Assembly (NCBI GenBank): GCA_964523905.1
Contig: CAZFYQ010000003.1
Location: 28,976-92,975 of the forward strand
DNA: 64,000 nucleotides
Source: an uncultured Gammaproteobacteria bacterium
Lineage (GTDB): Bacteria > Patescibacteriota > Microgenomatia > Daviesbacterales > UBA10151
Direction of reading: 5' to 3'
Part shown: positions 38,819-48,817 of the stretch, piece by piece
How positions within the stretch are numbered: the stretch's first letter is position 1
Layout of the letters: each line of letters begins with the position of its first letter
Program-made: the position numbers and the translations under genes
The notes under the pieces: generated by a model
The model's input: only the letters and a program-made list of their open reading frames with translations
Database searches by the model: none
Told to the model about the DNA's origin: nothing

Positions 38819-39718
38819 TTATTTTTTAAAGGCTGTGACTTTGTACATGGAAAATAACAGTACTACTACTCCCAAAATTTGAGTCAGGGTTAATCCCTGG
38901 TGGAAATAAAAGTAGCCAATGAAAATGGCTGAAGCCGGCCAAATTAATTCATAAATAGTACTGGTACGGGCCGGAATTTTCTTTAAGCCATAATAATAAA
39001 TCGCCAAAGCCACCATACCAGTAGAAAAGGTAATTGTTAGCAGAGCCAGCCACTGATTTGTGTTCAAAGTAGTTAGAGCCGCGGTTTGGTGTAACCCCAC
39101 AATCAAGGCAAATGCCATAATTGGAGCCAGCAGAAAACGTAAGCCAGTAACAGTTAATGAGGAAGTTTTGTTCAGCACGTATTTACTAATTGCAGTTGAA
39201 GATCCCCACATCATCCCGGCAAGGAGTGCCAAGCCACCAGCAATGGCAGTACCTCCACCAGTTTGCAAATTAACGCTTAAATCTTTAAAAGTAATAAAGT
39301 AGGTAGAGACTAAAGCCACGACAGCCCAAAGTAAGAAGTTTTTGGTCAGTTTTTCTCTTAATAACAAAGCAGCAGTTGAGATAGTCCAAATAGGCTGCAA
39401 TTGTTGCAGTAAAACCACAACCGAAAATTGGATATAGTTAATCTGACCCAAAGCTGCAGTATAAAAAAGAGTACCTAAAACCGATGCAAATAAAGCTACC
39501 AGCGCAATGGCAATCCACTCCTTTTTGGTCATCTTACCAATGTCTTTAACCCATTTTGGAGCTAAGAATAGTAGTACAATAATTCCCAGAAGATGTTCGT
39601 AGAAAACTACCACTGCCGGAGGTAAGGCGTATAAGCTGACCCGAAGCAGGCCATCAAGACTCCACAAAAGAGCTGCAATAATAACAAACAGCGGACCAAA
39701 GTCCTTTAATTTTTTCAT
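38819..39718 (-). CDS. EamA/DMT family transporter
   Basis: Ten TM helices, duplicated EamA pattern. Confidence 0.7.
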   Translation of the reverse strand: MKKLKDFGPLFVIIAALLWSLDGLLRVSLYALPPAVVVFYEHLLGIIVLLFLAPKWVKDIGKMTKKEWIAIALVALFASVLGTLFYTAALGQINYIQFSVVVLLQQLQPIWTISTAALLLREKLTKNFLLWAVVALVSTYFITFKDLSVNLQTGGGTAIAGGLALLAGMMWGSSTAISKYVLNKTSSLTVTGLRFLLAPIMAFALIVGLHQTAALTTLNTNQWLALLTITFSTGMVALAIYYYGLKKIPARTSTIYELIWPASAIFIGYFYFHQGLTLTQILGVVVLLFSMYKVTAFKK

Positions 39719-39868
39719 CGTTCAATCTTTCATTCTGACTTTACAGCCGCTACCGGAGTTTCGCCGGTTCGTGTCCGGCAATGCCGGACTCGTGGAGTGT
39801 ACCACCGATTAGGATTTTCACCTGACCCCGAAAGAACATTTTTATCTTATGCAGATAGTTCTGGTTTG

Positions 39869-40888
39869 TCAATTACTAGAATGAGAAGTTACATGAACAT
39901 AGGGACTTGTTAACTCTTCAAGCAAACAAGCTACTACTCCGCTAGCTATCATGAAAGCTCTAGTAGAATTTTTCCTAATAACCTTTTTAAAAGAAGGTTG
40001 CTCCATTGCTAGAGCTACCACCTCTGGTACTAAACGAGCCCTTGCATTGATAAAATCACCAGTACTATCTTTTAATAACTTTAGTTTGCCAAAACCGTTT
40101 AAGTAATCTAATAATGGTTCAATTTCAGTCATTCCTTCTTGATATTCTCTAGTTGCTACTGAAACTAAATCCTGTCCGGGATTTGATCCCTCCTCTAGAT
40201 CTGTCCATAAATTCTCTTTAAGATGATGTTCATTTTCTGCATAATCCTCAGCCATTTTATCTTCAGCTCCCCCAAAAGCGTCAATAGCCCTTTGCCAATC
40301 CTTAAAACCCATATCACCCAAGTAAGTTGTTGGACCAATAAACTTTATTAAAAGTTCATTTCTTGGAGTGTTACGCGGGTCACTTGATACAGTTAAAATA
40401 TCATTTGCATTTAACCATTTTGCTTGAGTATTAAATGCTCGTGTATAAAAATCACGATATCTTCCTTGGAATCCTTTGTTAGGAAATTGCGCTAGTAAGG
40501 AAGTCGTTCTTACTAAATCGGCCTCTATTTGAACTGGATCATCTACCGTACCCAAAGTCAGTGTGGCATAGAAAGAATTTGGTGCCCCTCTTGGTTTATC
40601 CAAATCTATACCATATAAATCTTGCCAATGTAGGTATTGGAAGTGAGAGAAAACAGTTGGATCACTAAATCCCCCCTGTCTTATTTGAAAAATGCCTCCC
40701 CTTAATAAAGTAATAGCACGCTTTGCGTTTTCTGCAACTGGCTGAATATCTGATGTTGCTAAATTTTGAATTGCCCTATTAAACTTAGTAGTAGCTTTAA
40801 AGACATCTGGATTAACTTCCCGTCCAAAAAAACCTGCCTGGTCTGGGTTTTCAGGAAGCGGACCTATTTCTATTTGTTGCGCATTCAT
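39869..40888 (-). CDS. Hypothetical soluble protein (339 aa) downstream of the Y1 transposase gene
   Basis: ORF only; no motif recognised. Confidence 0.4.
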   Translation of the reverse strand: MNAQQIEIGPLPENPDQAGFFGREVNPDVFKATTKFNRAIQNLATSDIQPVAENAKRAITLLRGGIFQIRQGGFSDPTVFSHFQYLHWQDLYGIDLDKPRGAPNSFYATLTLGTVDDPVQIEADLVRTTSLLAQFPNKGFQGRYRDFYTRAFNTQAKWLNANDILTVSSDPRNTPRNELLIKFIGPTTYLGDMGFKDWQRAIDAFGGAEDKMAEDYAENEHHLKENLWTDLEEGSNPGQDLVSVATREYQEGMTEIEPLLDYLNGFGKLKLLKDSTGDFINARARLVPEVVALAMEQPSFKKVIRKNSTRAFMIASGVVACLLEELTSPYVHVTSHSSN

Positions 40889-40942
40889 TTATTTAATAGT
40901 TTGAATTTAACATACACTCTCCCACTTTTCAACATTAGGCAG

Positions 40943-41655
40943 ACACCTTAAAGGTGAGTGCGTAAAAATTAGTCGTTTATATCTATTAATTGGTGTTTAA
41001 TAATTTCTAATTCACTACCATAAGCTATTTGGTCCTCTGTGAATTCTTTATATCTCTCAGGCGAGGAGAAGAAAGCCAGAACCTCACCTAAGGCGCAATA
41101 CCTTGAGTTACCTGATAAATATTCCTCATAAGATGACCAAGGATAAGCTTCCAGCTCTTTTACCATTCCCGACACTATTGGATTTAAATGAATATAGCGG
41201 GACACATGGACGAATTGCTCATCTGACTCAATTAAAACAGATTTAAATGTGCCTTGAAAAAGTGATCCTACCCGTCGGTATTTAGTATTGAAGTATTTGG
41301 TATAACTGTTAGCCAGCTGACTTGAAAAAAGTGAAATACCGCCATCCTTTAGTTGTTTTACCAGAAAATGGAAATGATTTGGCATTAAGCAATAAGCCAG
41401 AATTTCAACCAGTTTCTTATCCTGTTGAGGTATAAAGGAACTAAATGTATTTCTTGATAGCTTAGACAATCGGGATTTTGGTCCTTGGTATTGATAGTAA
41501 TAGAAGGTATTTTGAAACCTGCGATAATCTCTAGGTTGGGTAAAGATATCACGTTTCTCACTACCTCTATTGTAGATATGATAAATCTCACCGCTTACTA
41601 GTGGAACTAGTCTTCCTGGCATTATCTTTAGTTTACGAGTACACCTTAAAGGTGT
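40943..41655 (-). mobile_element. RAYT/IS200-like unit bounded by identical palindromes ACACCTTAAAGGTG
   Basis: Hairpin copies at 40943-40956 and 41641-41655 tightly bracket only the transposase gene. Confidence 0.55.
40969..41622 (-). CDS. HUH Y1 tyrosine transposase, RAYT/IS200-like (copy 1)
   Basis: N-terminal YHIYNRG, HuH motif LMPNHFHFLV, catalytic-Tyr region RYIHLNP, and a C-terminal YPWSSY motif as in RAYTs. Start set at MPGRLVPL; the track ORF runs to 41658 and would include the upstream hairpin. Confidence 0.75.
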   Translation of the reverse strand: MPGRLVPLVSGEIYHIYNRGSEKRDIFTQPRDYRRFQNTFYYYQYQGPKSRLSKLSRNTFSSFIPQQDKKLVEILAYCLMPNHFHFLVKQLKDGGISLFSSQLANSYTKYFNTKYRRVGSLFQGTFKSVLIESDEQFVHVSRYIHLNPIVSGMVKELEAYPWSSYEEYLSGNSRYCALGEVLAFFSSPERYKEFTEDQIAYGSELEIIKHQLIDIND

Positions 41656-41707
41656 CAAGCTAATGCAAAGAAGTTATATTTAAGCTTGCTTATGATAAAC
41701 TAAGAAT

Positions 41708-43312
41708 ATGCTGGTTTTACTGTTGTTTGCTTTTATTTCCGGATTGGTAACTATTTTAGCTCCTTGTATTTGGCCGCTTTTGCCTATTATTTTATCTTCC
41801 ACTGCCAGCGGAGGCCACAAAAAACCTTTAGGAATTACCGTGGGAATTATGGCCAGTTTTGCAGTATTTACCCTAGCTATTTCTTATATAGTTAAAATAA
41901 TCCCTTTTGACCCCAATGTTTTGCGGCTATTTGCAGTAATAGTGATTGGATTTCTCGGACTTACTCTAATTATCCCGGCTCTATCACAGCTGCTGGAAGG
42001 CTGGGTCAGTAGATTAAGCGGACGGTTTGCTCCTACCTCCACAAATCCTAGCAGCGGATTTGTATCTGGCTTAGTGACCGGATTTTCATTAGGACTAGTT
42101 TGGTCTCCTTGTGCCGGGCCAATCTTAGCTTCTATTGCCACTTTAGCAGCCACCAGGGCTGTTAATTTGGAGATAATTTTAGTTACTTTTGCCTATGTGT
42201 TAGGAACTGGAATCCCTTTATTTATTTTTGCTACAGTGGGCCGAAAATTATTAACTGGTACTTCCCGGCTCTCACCCTATACCGGTTTAATTCAGCGGAT
42301 TTTTGGGGTGTTAATGATTCTAACAGCCATTGCTATTTATACCGGCTATGACAAAGTGATTCAGACCAATCTACTGAATTTATTTCCGGCTTATACTCAG
42401 GGTTTGACTAATTTGGAAAATCAGCCAGGGGTGCAAAAAGAAATTAAAAGTTTAACCGGTAATTCCAGCCAGCCCAATTATGGTCCGGCACCGGATTTTG
42501 TTGGCGGCACTAAATGGCTGAACACTCCTTCCCCGCTAACCATTCAGAGCTTGCGCGGTAAAGTAGTGTTAGTAGATTTCTGGACTTATACTTGTATTAA
42601 CTGTATCCGTACTTTACCGTTTGTGACCAGTTGGTATGACAAATATCATACTCAGGGTTTTGTGGTAATTGGTGTACATACACCAGAATTTGAATTTGAA
42701 AAGAATACTGACAATGTTTTAGCTGCTATTAAACAATATAATATTCATTACCCGGTGGTACAGGATAATAATTATGCCATTTGGCAATCTTATTCTAACC
42801 AGTACTGGCCAGCGGAATATTTAATTGATGCTAAGGGTAATATCAGGCATACTCATTTTGGTGAAGGTGAATATGATCAAACTGAAAAAGCGATTCAGGA
42901 TTTGTTAAAGGAAGCTGGAGCAGCCAGTGTCAGCGCCGGTTTGGTTAATATGCCGGATCAAACCCCGACCCAGCAATTAACTCCAGAAACCTATTTAGGA
43001 TCCAGTAAGACTGAGGATAATGGAGAGACTTTAAATAATAATTGGGATATTCAACCAGAGTATGCCCAGGCCAAAGCAGGTGCTAGCTTAGATTTTGATT
43101 TTACTGCAGCCAAAGTTTTTCTGGTGATGACACCAGCTACTACTGCTGATGCCGTGGCAGTAACTTTAGATGGAAATCCGATTAATGAAATTATGATTAA
43201 TGAATCCAAGCTTTATACACTGGTTGATTTACAAACTGTTGGCAAACATAAACTGCATTTAGACTTCAAGACACCTGGAACTAAAGTTTACGCCTTCACG
43301 TTCGGAAGTTAA
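41708..43312 (+). CDS. CcdA/DsbD-type thiol:disulfide transmembrane domain fused to a TlpA-like thioredoxin domain
   Basis: TM-embedded Cys motifs LAPCIWPLLP and WSPCAGPIL; periplasmic CxxC WTYTCINCIRTLP; an extra ~150-aa C-terminal domain. Confidence 0.75.
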   Translation: MLVLLLFAFISGLVTILAPCIWPLLPIILSSTASGGHKKPLGITVGIMASFAVFTLAISYIVKIIPFDPNVLRLFAVIVIGFLGLTLIIPALSQLLEGWVSRLSGRFAPTSTNPSSGFVSGLVTGFSLGLVWSPCAGPILASIATLAATRAVNLEIILVTFAYVLGTGIPLFIFATVGRKLLTGTSRLSPYTGLIQRIFGVLMILTAIAIYTGYDKVIQTNLLNLFPAYTQGLTNLENQPGVQKEIKSLTGNSSQPNYGPAPDFVGGTKWLNTPSPLTIQSLRGKVVLVDFWTYTCINCIRTLPFVTSWYDKYHTQGFVVIGVHTPEFEFEKNTDNVLAAIKQYNIHYPVVQDNNYAIWQSYSNQYWPAEYLIDAKGNIRHTHFGEGEYDQTEKAIQDLLKEAGAASVSAGLVNMPDQTPTQQLTPETYLGSSKTEDNGETLNNNWDIQPEYAQAKAGASLDFDFTAAKVFLVMTPATTADAVAVTLDGNPINEIMINESKLYTLVDLQTVGKHKLHLDFKTPGTKVYAFTFGS

Positions 43313-44694
43313 TTCTCTAAGGCTAACACTTGTTTGAGTAAGGCTTCTTTTTTGCTTAAGTAAGCAATGTTATACTTGGGAAAGTACAAAAATACTGCCG
43401 GAGAATCCTCCAGTAACACTTTTTGTAAATCAAAATAGTTGGCCTTGCGGTCTTTTTCAGCAATGACCTTTCGACCATCTTCCAAATCCTTATCTGCTCT
43501 TTTAGAGTCATATTTAGTTAAATTAGTAGCTGTTTGAGTGGCATGCCACAGTACATATTGATCAGGGTCAACCGGAATGCTTTGAGTAATTAGCATGGCC
43601 TGGAAATTTTGCGGAATTCCGGATTCAATCCTCATCTTGGCATTAATTCCCAGATTATCCCAGTCTTTAACAATCTGGTTTCCAACATCCTCCAAATTAG
43701 AGGTAGTCGTTAAAATAATTTGTTCCTTAAGCTGATCATCAGTTAAATTACCTTTGGCACGACCTAAGGCAGACTTGGCTTCATCTATATTATCCAAATA
43801 TTTTTTAGAATCCGGATCATAAGCCCACAAAGTGGGTGGATAAGGATTATTAGCCTCTTTTTCCCCGGCAATCTTGGGGGCAGAATAAGCCAGGGCCTGA
43901 CGCAAGGAACGGCTAGACAGCGCAGCATCCTTGGTATTGAACAAAATACTAACTAGTTTGGTATAGTCAGTTTGAGAAATTAAGGAGACATGAGAGCCAG
44001 AGGGAAAATCTTTGGAATTATTAAAACCTAATAAAGCTTGGGCCTCTCCTAAATCAAATCCAGTGACAGCTACTTTTTCACTAGGGTAAAAACGCACTGA
44101 CAAAGCTGGTAATTGCCCTTGCGGAGCTTGCAAATCAATTTTGGTAATAAAAATTCGGGATTTCTCAATTCTGGTAATTTTGTAAGGCCCGGTGCCAATT
44201 AAGGTACCTTTTTTAACAATTGGTTTTATTAATAAGGAGGGAAACGGTGAATAAGCTTCTTTTAAATTAAACTGAATAGTTTGGTCATTAGGATAGGAAA
44301 CTGTCACATTAGGGATTTCAAAATCCAAATCTGTGGATTTAATAGTTGAACCGTCAGTCCATTTCAAATTGGACTTTAATTTAAATTTAAAGATAGTGGC
44401 ATCATTGTTAACTTCCCAACCAGAGGCTAAATTAGGCTTTAAACGACCATTTTCATCCGGCTTCACCAAACTGTCAGAAATTAAATTGGTTACTTGCACT
44501 GGTAAATCATGCTCTTGATAAGTACCAATTAAGGCAATGGTCAGGGTGTTAGGATTATAAAACAGACTAAATTCCACTTGGGCAAAAATCACCAAGGCCA
44601 CGGTTAAAAACCCCAGGAAAAACCACAGCTTGGCGCGCTTAACGTAGCCAAAAGCAATTAATACCCACAGTTTTAAAGCACGGAAACTCTTCAT
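43309..44694 (-). CDS. Family-5 solute-binding protein-like (peptide/nickel SBP fold), membrane-anchored
   Basis: N-terminal TM, then LVKPDENGRLKPNLASGWEVNNDATIFKFKLKSNLKWTDGS typical of SBP_bac_5. Confidence 0.5.
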   Translation of the reverse strand: MKSFRALKLWVLIAFGYVKRAKLWFFLGFLTVALVIFAQVEFSLFYNPNTLTIALIGTYQEHDLPVQVTNLISDSLVKPDENGRLKPNLASGWEVNNDATIFKFKLKSNLKWTDGSTIKSTDLDFEIPNVTVSYPNDQTIQFNLKEAYSPFPSLLIKPIVKKGTLIGTGPYKITRIEKSRIFITKIDLQAPQGQLPALSVRFYPSEKVAVTGFDLGEAQALLGFNNSKDFPSGSHVSLISQTDYTKLVSILFNTKDAALSSRSLRQALAYSAPKIAGEKEANNPYPPTLWAYDPDSKKYLDNIDEAKSALGRAKGNLTDDQLKEQIILTTTSNLEDVGNQIVKDWDNLGINAKMRIESGIPQNFQAMLITQSIPVDPDQYVLWHATQTATNLTKYDSKRADKDLEDGRKVIAEKDRKANYFDLQKVLLEDSPAVFLYFPKYNIAYLSKKEALLKQVLALEN

Positions 44695-44698
44695 AAAC

Positions 44699-44917
44699 TT
44701 AGAAAGCTAAGCCAATTAACGAGGATAAGATTAACACGGTAGAGATGACAATAGTGGCATAAAATAAAAACTTTTCCGCTCCTCTTTTGGTACGATAAAA
44801 ACTGGCCTCAGTGCCACCAAAAGAATTGCCTAAACCAGACCCTTTTTGCTGTACCAGGATTACTACCACCAGTAAGACCGCCAGGATTATTTGAAATAAA
44901 GAAATTACAGCACGCAT
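44699..44917 (-). CDS. secG: Preprotein translocase subunit SecG
   Basis: 72 aa, two TM helices, Gly-rich loop LVQQKGSGLGNSFGG. Confidence 0.7.
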   Translation of the reverse strand: MRAVISLFQIILAVLLVVVILVQQKGSGLGNSFGGTEASFYRTKRGAEKFLFYATIVISTVLILSSLIGLAF

Positions 44918-44938
44918 TTGAGTTATTATACACTACAA

Positions 44939-45340
44939 TCAGTGGGCTAGCCACTGCAGGAAATGGGTGATTACTCCAATTGATAAACTGGCTAATACGG
45001 CTACCCAAAAAACAGTTAAATCCATTGAAGGAATTGACACTACATTAAGATTAATTCCCGGGAAACGATATGATACCAAAGCAAAATCCGTAACCAGTGT
45101 GGTCAGAGCATATAAAGCCAATACATTAATTAACCAGGCAAACAGGCCTACGGTCAACAAATTCAAAGGTAAAAACAATACTTTCAAAAGCGGTACTAGC
45201 AGCCAATTAATTAACATAAAAGCCGCCGCCCCAATCGCCAAACTCTTAAATCCGCCATTAATAGTAAACCCGGGTACTAACCTGGCAGTAACAGTTAACG
45301 AAACCGCATTAATTAAAAATGCCCTAAGCAGTGTTTTCAT
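44939..45340 (-). CDS. DUF360/phage-holin-family-4-like small membrane protein
   Basis: Four hydrophobic helices. Start set at MKTLLRAF; the track ORF runs to 45376. Confidence 0.45.
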   Translation of the reverse strand: MKTLLRAFLINAVSLTVTARLVPGFTINGGFKSLAIGAAAFMLINWLLVPLLKVLFLPLNLLTVGLFAWLINVLALYALTTLVTDFALVSYRFPGINLNVVSIPSMDLTVFWVAVLASLSIGVITHFLQWLAH

Positions 45341-45374
45341 TGAATATTTTAATATTACTATATATAATCCAGAC

Positions 45375-46799
45375 ATGGCTATACCAGAAAATACTATTGA
45401 GATAATTGGGTCTGGGTTTATTGGTGATAAAGCAGACCAGTTGCTTCAAAAAAGAGAGGCAATTGTTGCTGCCGGTTTTTCTATCCCACCTACTATTGTC
45501 CTCGCACAGGATGTTTTTGAACCAATGATAGATATTGCTAGGGGTGGTAAGTTTAATAATAACCAACGTAGACTTTTTCAAGAGGTGGTCGAACAGTTTG
45601 GTAATCGCCCGCTTGTTGTTAGATCCTCTGCTGCGGGAGACGCTAGAGGAAGCGGAATTTATTTCTCTGAATTTGTTCCAGCCTCAGCACTAAGAGTGCG
45701 TTATGCTATCGGGAATGTATTAAGCAGTTATTATAGCGAAAGCGCTAAAGCTTTTAGAAAAGATGCTGCTACAGGTGAGGGTATGGCAGTAATGATTCAA
45801 CCCGTGGTTGGACAGGTACTTATCGACGTGGGAGGTGGCAAATCCATATTTGCTCCACATTATTCTGGATTTGGTTACAGTTCAACCGCAAGAGAGGATA
45901 CAACTATCTCTATCGTCCCGGGTTTAGGAGGAGGAGTAAATAATAGAGATGGCATCGATTTAAGTCTAGGTCAAGCTAGAATGTATGGCCATCCTTTACC
46001 AAATAGGTATCAAGCCTATTTTCATAATTCTAAAAAATCATTTGACTATATTGGACATGATAGTCATGAATTGGTAAATGGAGGACGGTGGTATAGTGAT
46101 CACTATTATGAAGAGGATTTCGATTTCTTACCTTTGTTAGAGAAGTTGGAATTGCTAGAGGGGAAATTGGGTAATCCACAATATCTTGAATGGGCAGCCA
46201 CACTCGAGGATAATGATCCACGATTTTGGATGCTACAAATTGCAGACGCGGATATAAAATTGGATGCATTTCATTTTGAGGATTATGGAGACATTATATA
46301 CGAAGGAGGTATTGACGTAGTGGGATCCGGGGTTAAACGTTGCAATCAGATTGTTGATCTTAAAGGCTCCAGTGGTTTGAATGCGCTTTATAATTTTAAT
46401 CAACAAAATTCAGGTTATATAGCCTTTTTGCCTGCTTTCTTATCTTCTCCGCGGCAAGAATACAGAACAGATAGTAGGCGGCTGGTTTATGCTGATTTTT
46501 CAAATGCATCGGTGGTCTTTGGGAATTCTGGGGAGCGTGGAACTTTGAAAGATCACCTAGGAACTACAATGGATTTAACAAATAAGTTATACGGAACTAT
46601 TTTAGGTTACAGAGAACTAGGCTTAGAAGAAGAGGGGGATGTTCGGAGTAAAAGATTAAGTAATCTCGAACGAGAAATAGTTGGAGATGGATTAACTATC
46701 ATAAAAGGTAATTTTACTGTGGTTGCCAGCGAGAGACAAAATCGAATGATTATTACTTACCAAGGACCGATTTCTGATGAAGTTTGCGATGATAAGTAA
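45375..46799 (+). CDS. Stand-alone PEP-utilising-enzyme N-terminal (PPDK_N ATP-grasp-like) domain protein
   Basis: LVVRSSAAGDARGSGIYFSEF and AVMIQPVVGQ resemble the nucleotide-binding domain of PEP synthase, pyruvate phosphate dikinase and rifampin phosphotransferase. No phosphohistidine swivel motif is seen. Start moved to an internal ATG because the 5' part of the track ORF (from 44967) is antisense to the DUF360 gene. Confidence 0.5.
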   Translation: MAIPENTIEIIGSGFIGDKADQLLQKREAIVAAGFSIPPTIVLAQDVFEPMIDIARGGKFNNNQRRLFQEVVEQFGNRPLVVRSSAAGDARGSGIYFSEFVPASALRVRYAIGNVLSSYYSESAKAFRKDAATGEGMAVMIQPVVGQVLIDVGGGKSIFAPHYSGFGYSSTAREDTTISIVPGLGGGVNNRDGIDLSLGQARMYGHPLPNRYQAYFHNSKKSFDYIGHDSHELVNGGRWYSDHYYEEDFDFLPLLEKLELLEGKLGNPQYLEWAATLEDNDPRFWMLQIADADIKLDAFHFEDYGDIIYEGGIDVVGSGVKRCNQIVDLKGSSGLNALYNFNQQNSGYIAFLPAFLSSPRQEYRTDSRRLVYADFSNASVVFGNSGERGTLKDHLGTTMDLTNKLYGTILGYRELGLEEEGDVRSKRLSNLEREIVGDGLTIIKGNFTVVASERQNRMIITYQGPISDEVCDDK

Positions 46800-48033
46800 T
46801 GGCAAATCTGTGGGCTTCGTCGCGGATTTTGGTGACCATTTTTAAGGCTTCAGAGTGTTTGGGAAGTTTTACAACACTACCATCCGGTGCATACAACCAT
46901 TCAAAACGTTTGGCTAATCCAAACATAGGAACGCTAACATTTCTCTCCTGAAAAACTTGATGAATGGCACTTACTTGGCCAGCTCCCCCATCAATGATAA
47001 ATAAATCAGGCATTGGCCATTCGGGGTGATTTAGCCTTCTTCGCATCATTTCCTGATGCATAGCGTAATCATTAGGCTTGCCAGTAATATGAATCTTAAA
47101 TTTACGATATTGTGATTTATCAATGTCGCCATGGGTTAAAACTACCATTGAACCCGTTGATTCATGACCTTGGATATTAGAGATGTCGTAACATTCAATC
47201 CGCTCCGGAAGTGTTGGCAAATTTAAAACTTTTTGCAGCTCTTCCAGGCCAATTTGATATTGATCCTGCAGGAAATTGGGATTCTCTAAATAGCTGCCGG
47301 TTCTATTAGTCTGCGTTAAATATTCAACTCCTGATAAAGTCTGTTTAATCCTGCCGGCTTGTTCAAAATCTTGATCTTTGGATGCCGCAACCATTTCCTT
47401 GGTTAATTCCTTAACCAGACTGTCTTTATCTCCATTTAGAAACTTAACTAGTCTGTTAATGATTTTTTTATAATCTTTTTGATTAATTACTCCTGCACAA
47501 GGACCCGGGCATTGACCTAAGTGATAGTAAAAACAAGGCTTTAGCTTCGCAAGGCGTTGCCTTGGAGGCTGAGAGCACCAAGGGAAAACACGGCGCAAGG
47601 ATTTTAAAGTTGACCGGACTGTTTGAGCAGAAGGAAAAGGCCCAAAATATTTCAAAGCTGTTTTTAAATCAGCTTTTCTGGCTGTTAACACCCTTGGAAA
47701 ATCTTCTTTAGTGATTAATATATATAAGTAGGATTTATCATCTTTTAAACTGACATTAAAAATTGGCCAATACTTTTTAATTAGATTAGCTTCCAGAATT
47801 AAAGCTTCCAACTCTGATTCCACAATAATGGTTTCTATACCAGCAATCTGCTCCACTAATGTCAATAACTTTACGTTCCCATTTGACAAGTGGGAAGCTG
47901 AAAAATATGACGCAACACGGTGATATAAATCAATAGCTTTACCAACATAAATTACTTTGTTAGCATGATCCTTATAAATATAAACTCCGGGTTTGTGCGG
48001 AACTTGTGACTTATCTATAAATTTTGGAAGCAT
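46753..48033 (-). CDS. uvrC: Excinuclease ABC subunit C (short form lacking C-terminal HhH)
   Basis: GIY-YIG N-terminus (KPGVYIYKD...IYVGKA), Cys-rich UvrC segment CFYYHLGQCPGPCAG, and an RNase H-like domain with YDISN. Confidence 0.8.
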   Translation of the reverse strand: MLPKFIDKSQVPHKPGVYIYKDHANKVIYVGKAIDLYHRVASYFSASHLSNGNVKLLTLVEQIAGIETIIVESELEALILEANLIKKYWPIFNVSLKDDKSYLYILITKEDFPRVLTARKADLKTALKYFGPFPSAQTVRSTLKSLRRVFPWCSQPPRQRLAKLKPCFYYHLGQCPGPCAGVINQKDYKKIINRLVKFLNGDKDSLVKELTKEMVAASKDQDFEQAGRIKQTLSGVEYLTQTNRTGSYLENPNFLQDQYQIGLEELQKVLNLPTLPERIECYDISNIQGHESTGSMVVLTHGDIDKSQYRKFKIHITGKPNDYAMHQEMMRRRLNHPEWPMPDLFIIDGGAGQVSAIHQVFQERNVSVPMFGLAKRFEWLYAPDGSVVKLPKHSEALKMVTKIRDEAHRFAITYHRKLHQKSVLGK

Positions 48034-48081
48034 AAGGAGAATTATACTTAAATTAAACTTAAGTCACAATCCAGTTAGCAA

Positions 48082-48756
48082 TTACTTTGCGGTAGGTTGA
48101 TCCCTGTGGAAGAACTTTTCGTGTGTTAATAATGCCATTGGCTGTTCTTTATACCGCAGTATTTCGTGACCGGAAGCAGGTTTTCCTTCAACAAGCCATT
48201 TTCTGGCCGGAGAAGAATCCCCAGGTTGCACATAAGTCATTGCTAGAACCAGTTGTTCATCTTGTATAGAAAAGGCACGATCAATTCCTCGCTTAATTTT
48301 TCCTTGTATAAGAATTTCTCCCCGTACATTAAGCTCAGCAGCGATAAAGTTATCACTACCATTTGTACCTGTTTTATAATCAGGTTCCCAAAGCAACAGC
48401 CAACGATAGGTTGGAGAAATACCAGTTTTAGGATCTCCCACCAATCCTTCGGCTGAAGTTGGATAGATTGGAATACGGTGGTTCACGGGCTCTTGATCAG
48501 AATGCTCTGCTAATCTTTGAGAGTGAGCTACTTCACGATCCATTAAAGCAACTTTTAACTCTCTAAGCACCTTAGCCGTTATTGTAAAACCAGCTAATTG
48601 CTCTAGCATACTGGCTTGAGCTTGCCAGACTTTCGGTGTAGTCTTATCTTGTGACTGAACTGTCCTGTTATACTCAAATGTTTCAGCAAATGCTCTAGAC
48701 TTATGGTCAATTTCCTGGTTTCTTGCTATTTCAGATGCTGCTTCAAGTATTGACAT
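48082..48756 (-). CDS. Hypothetical protein (cassette gene 3)
   Basis: ORF in a tight co-directional cluster; no motif recognised. Confidence 0.4.
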   Translation of the reverse strand: MSILEAASEIARNQEIDHKSRAFAETFEYNRTVQSQDKTTPKVWQAQASMLEQLAGFTITAKVLRELKVALMDREVAHSQRLAEHSDQEPVNHRIPIYPTSAEGLVGDPKTGISPTYRWLLLWEPDYKTGTNGSDNFIAAELNVRGEILIQGKIKRGIDRAFSIQDEQLVLAMTYVQPGDSSPARKWLVEGKPASGHEILRYKEQPMALLTHEKFFHRDQPTAK

Positions 48757-48817
48757 TTAAGTGGAATTTATATCTTTAAAGTATATTTGTCAAGAACAAT
48801 GAAACTTGGCAGCATAT

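Noticed and set aside
39719-39868. Structured intergenic hairpins (ccggagtttcgccgg, gtccggcaatgccggac) as a riboswitch or sRNA
   Set aside because: No recognisable riboswitch consensus. It could equally be a terminator or promoter region for the flanking minus-strand genes. Evidence is insufficient.
44967-45374. N-terminal 136 codons of the 610-aa track ORF
   Set aside because: The translation is low-complexity and antisense to the DUF360-like membrane gene. The real start is more plausibly the internal ATG at 45375.
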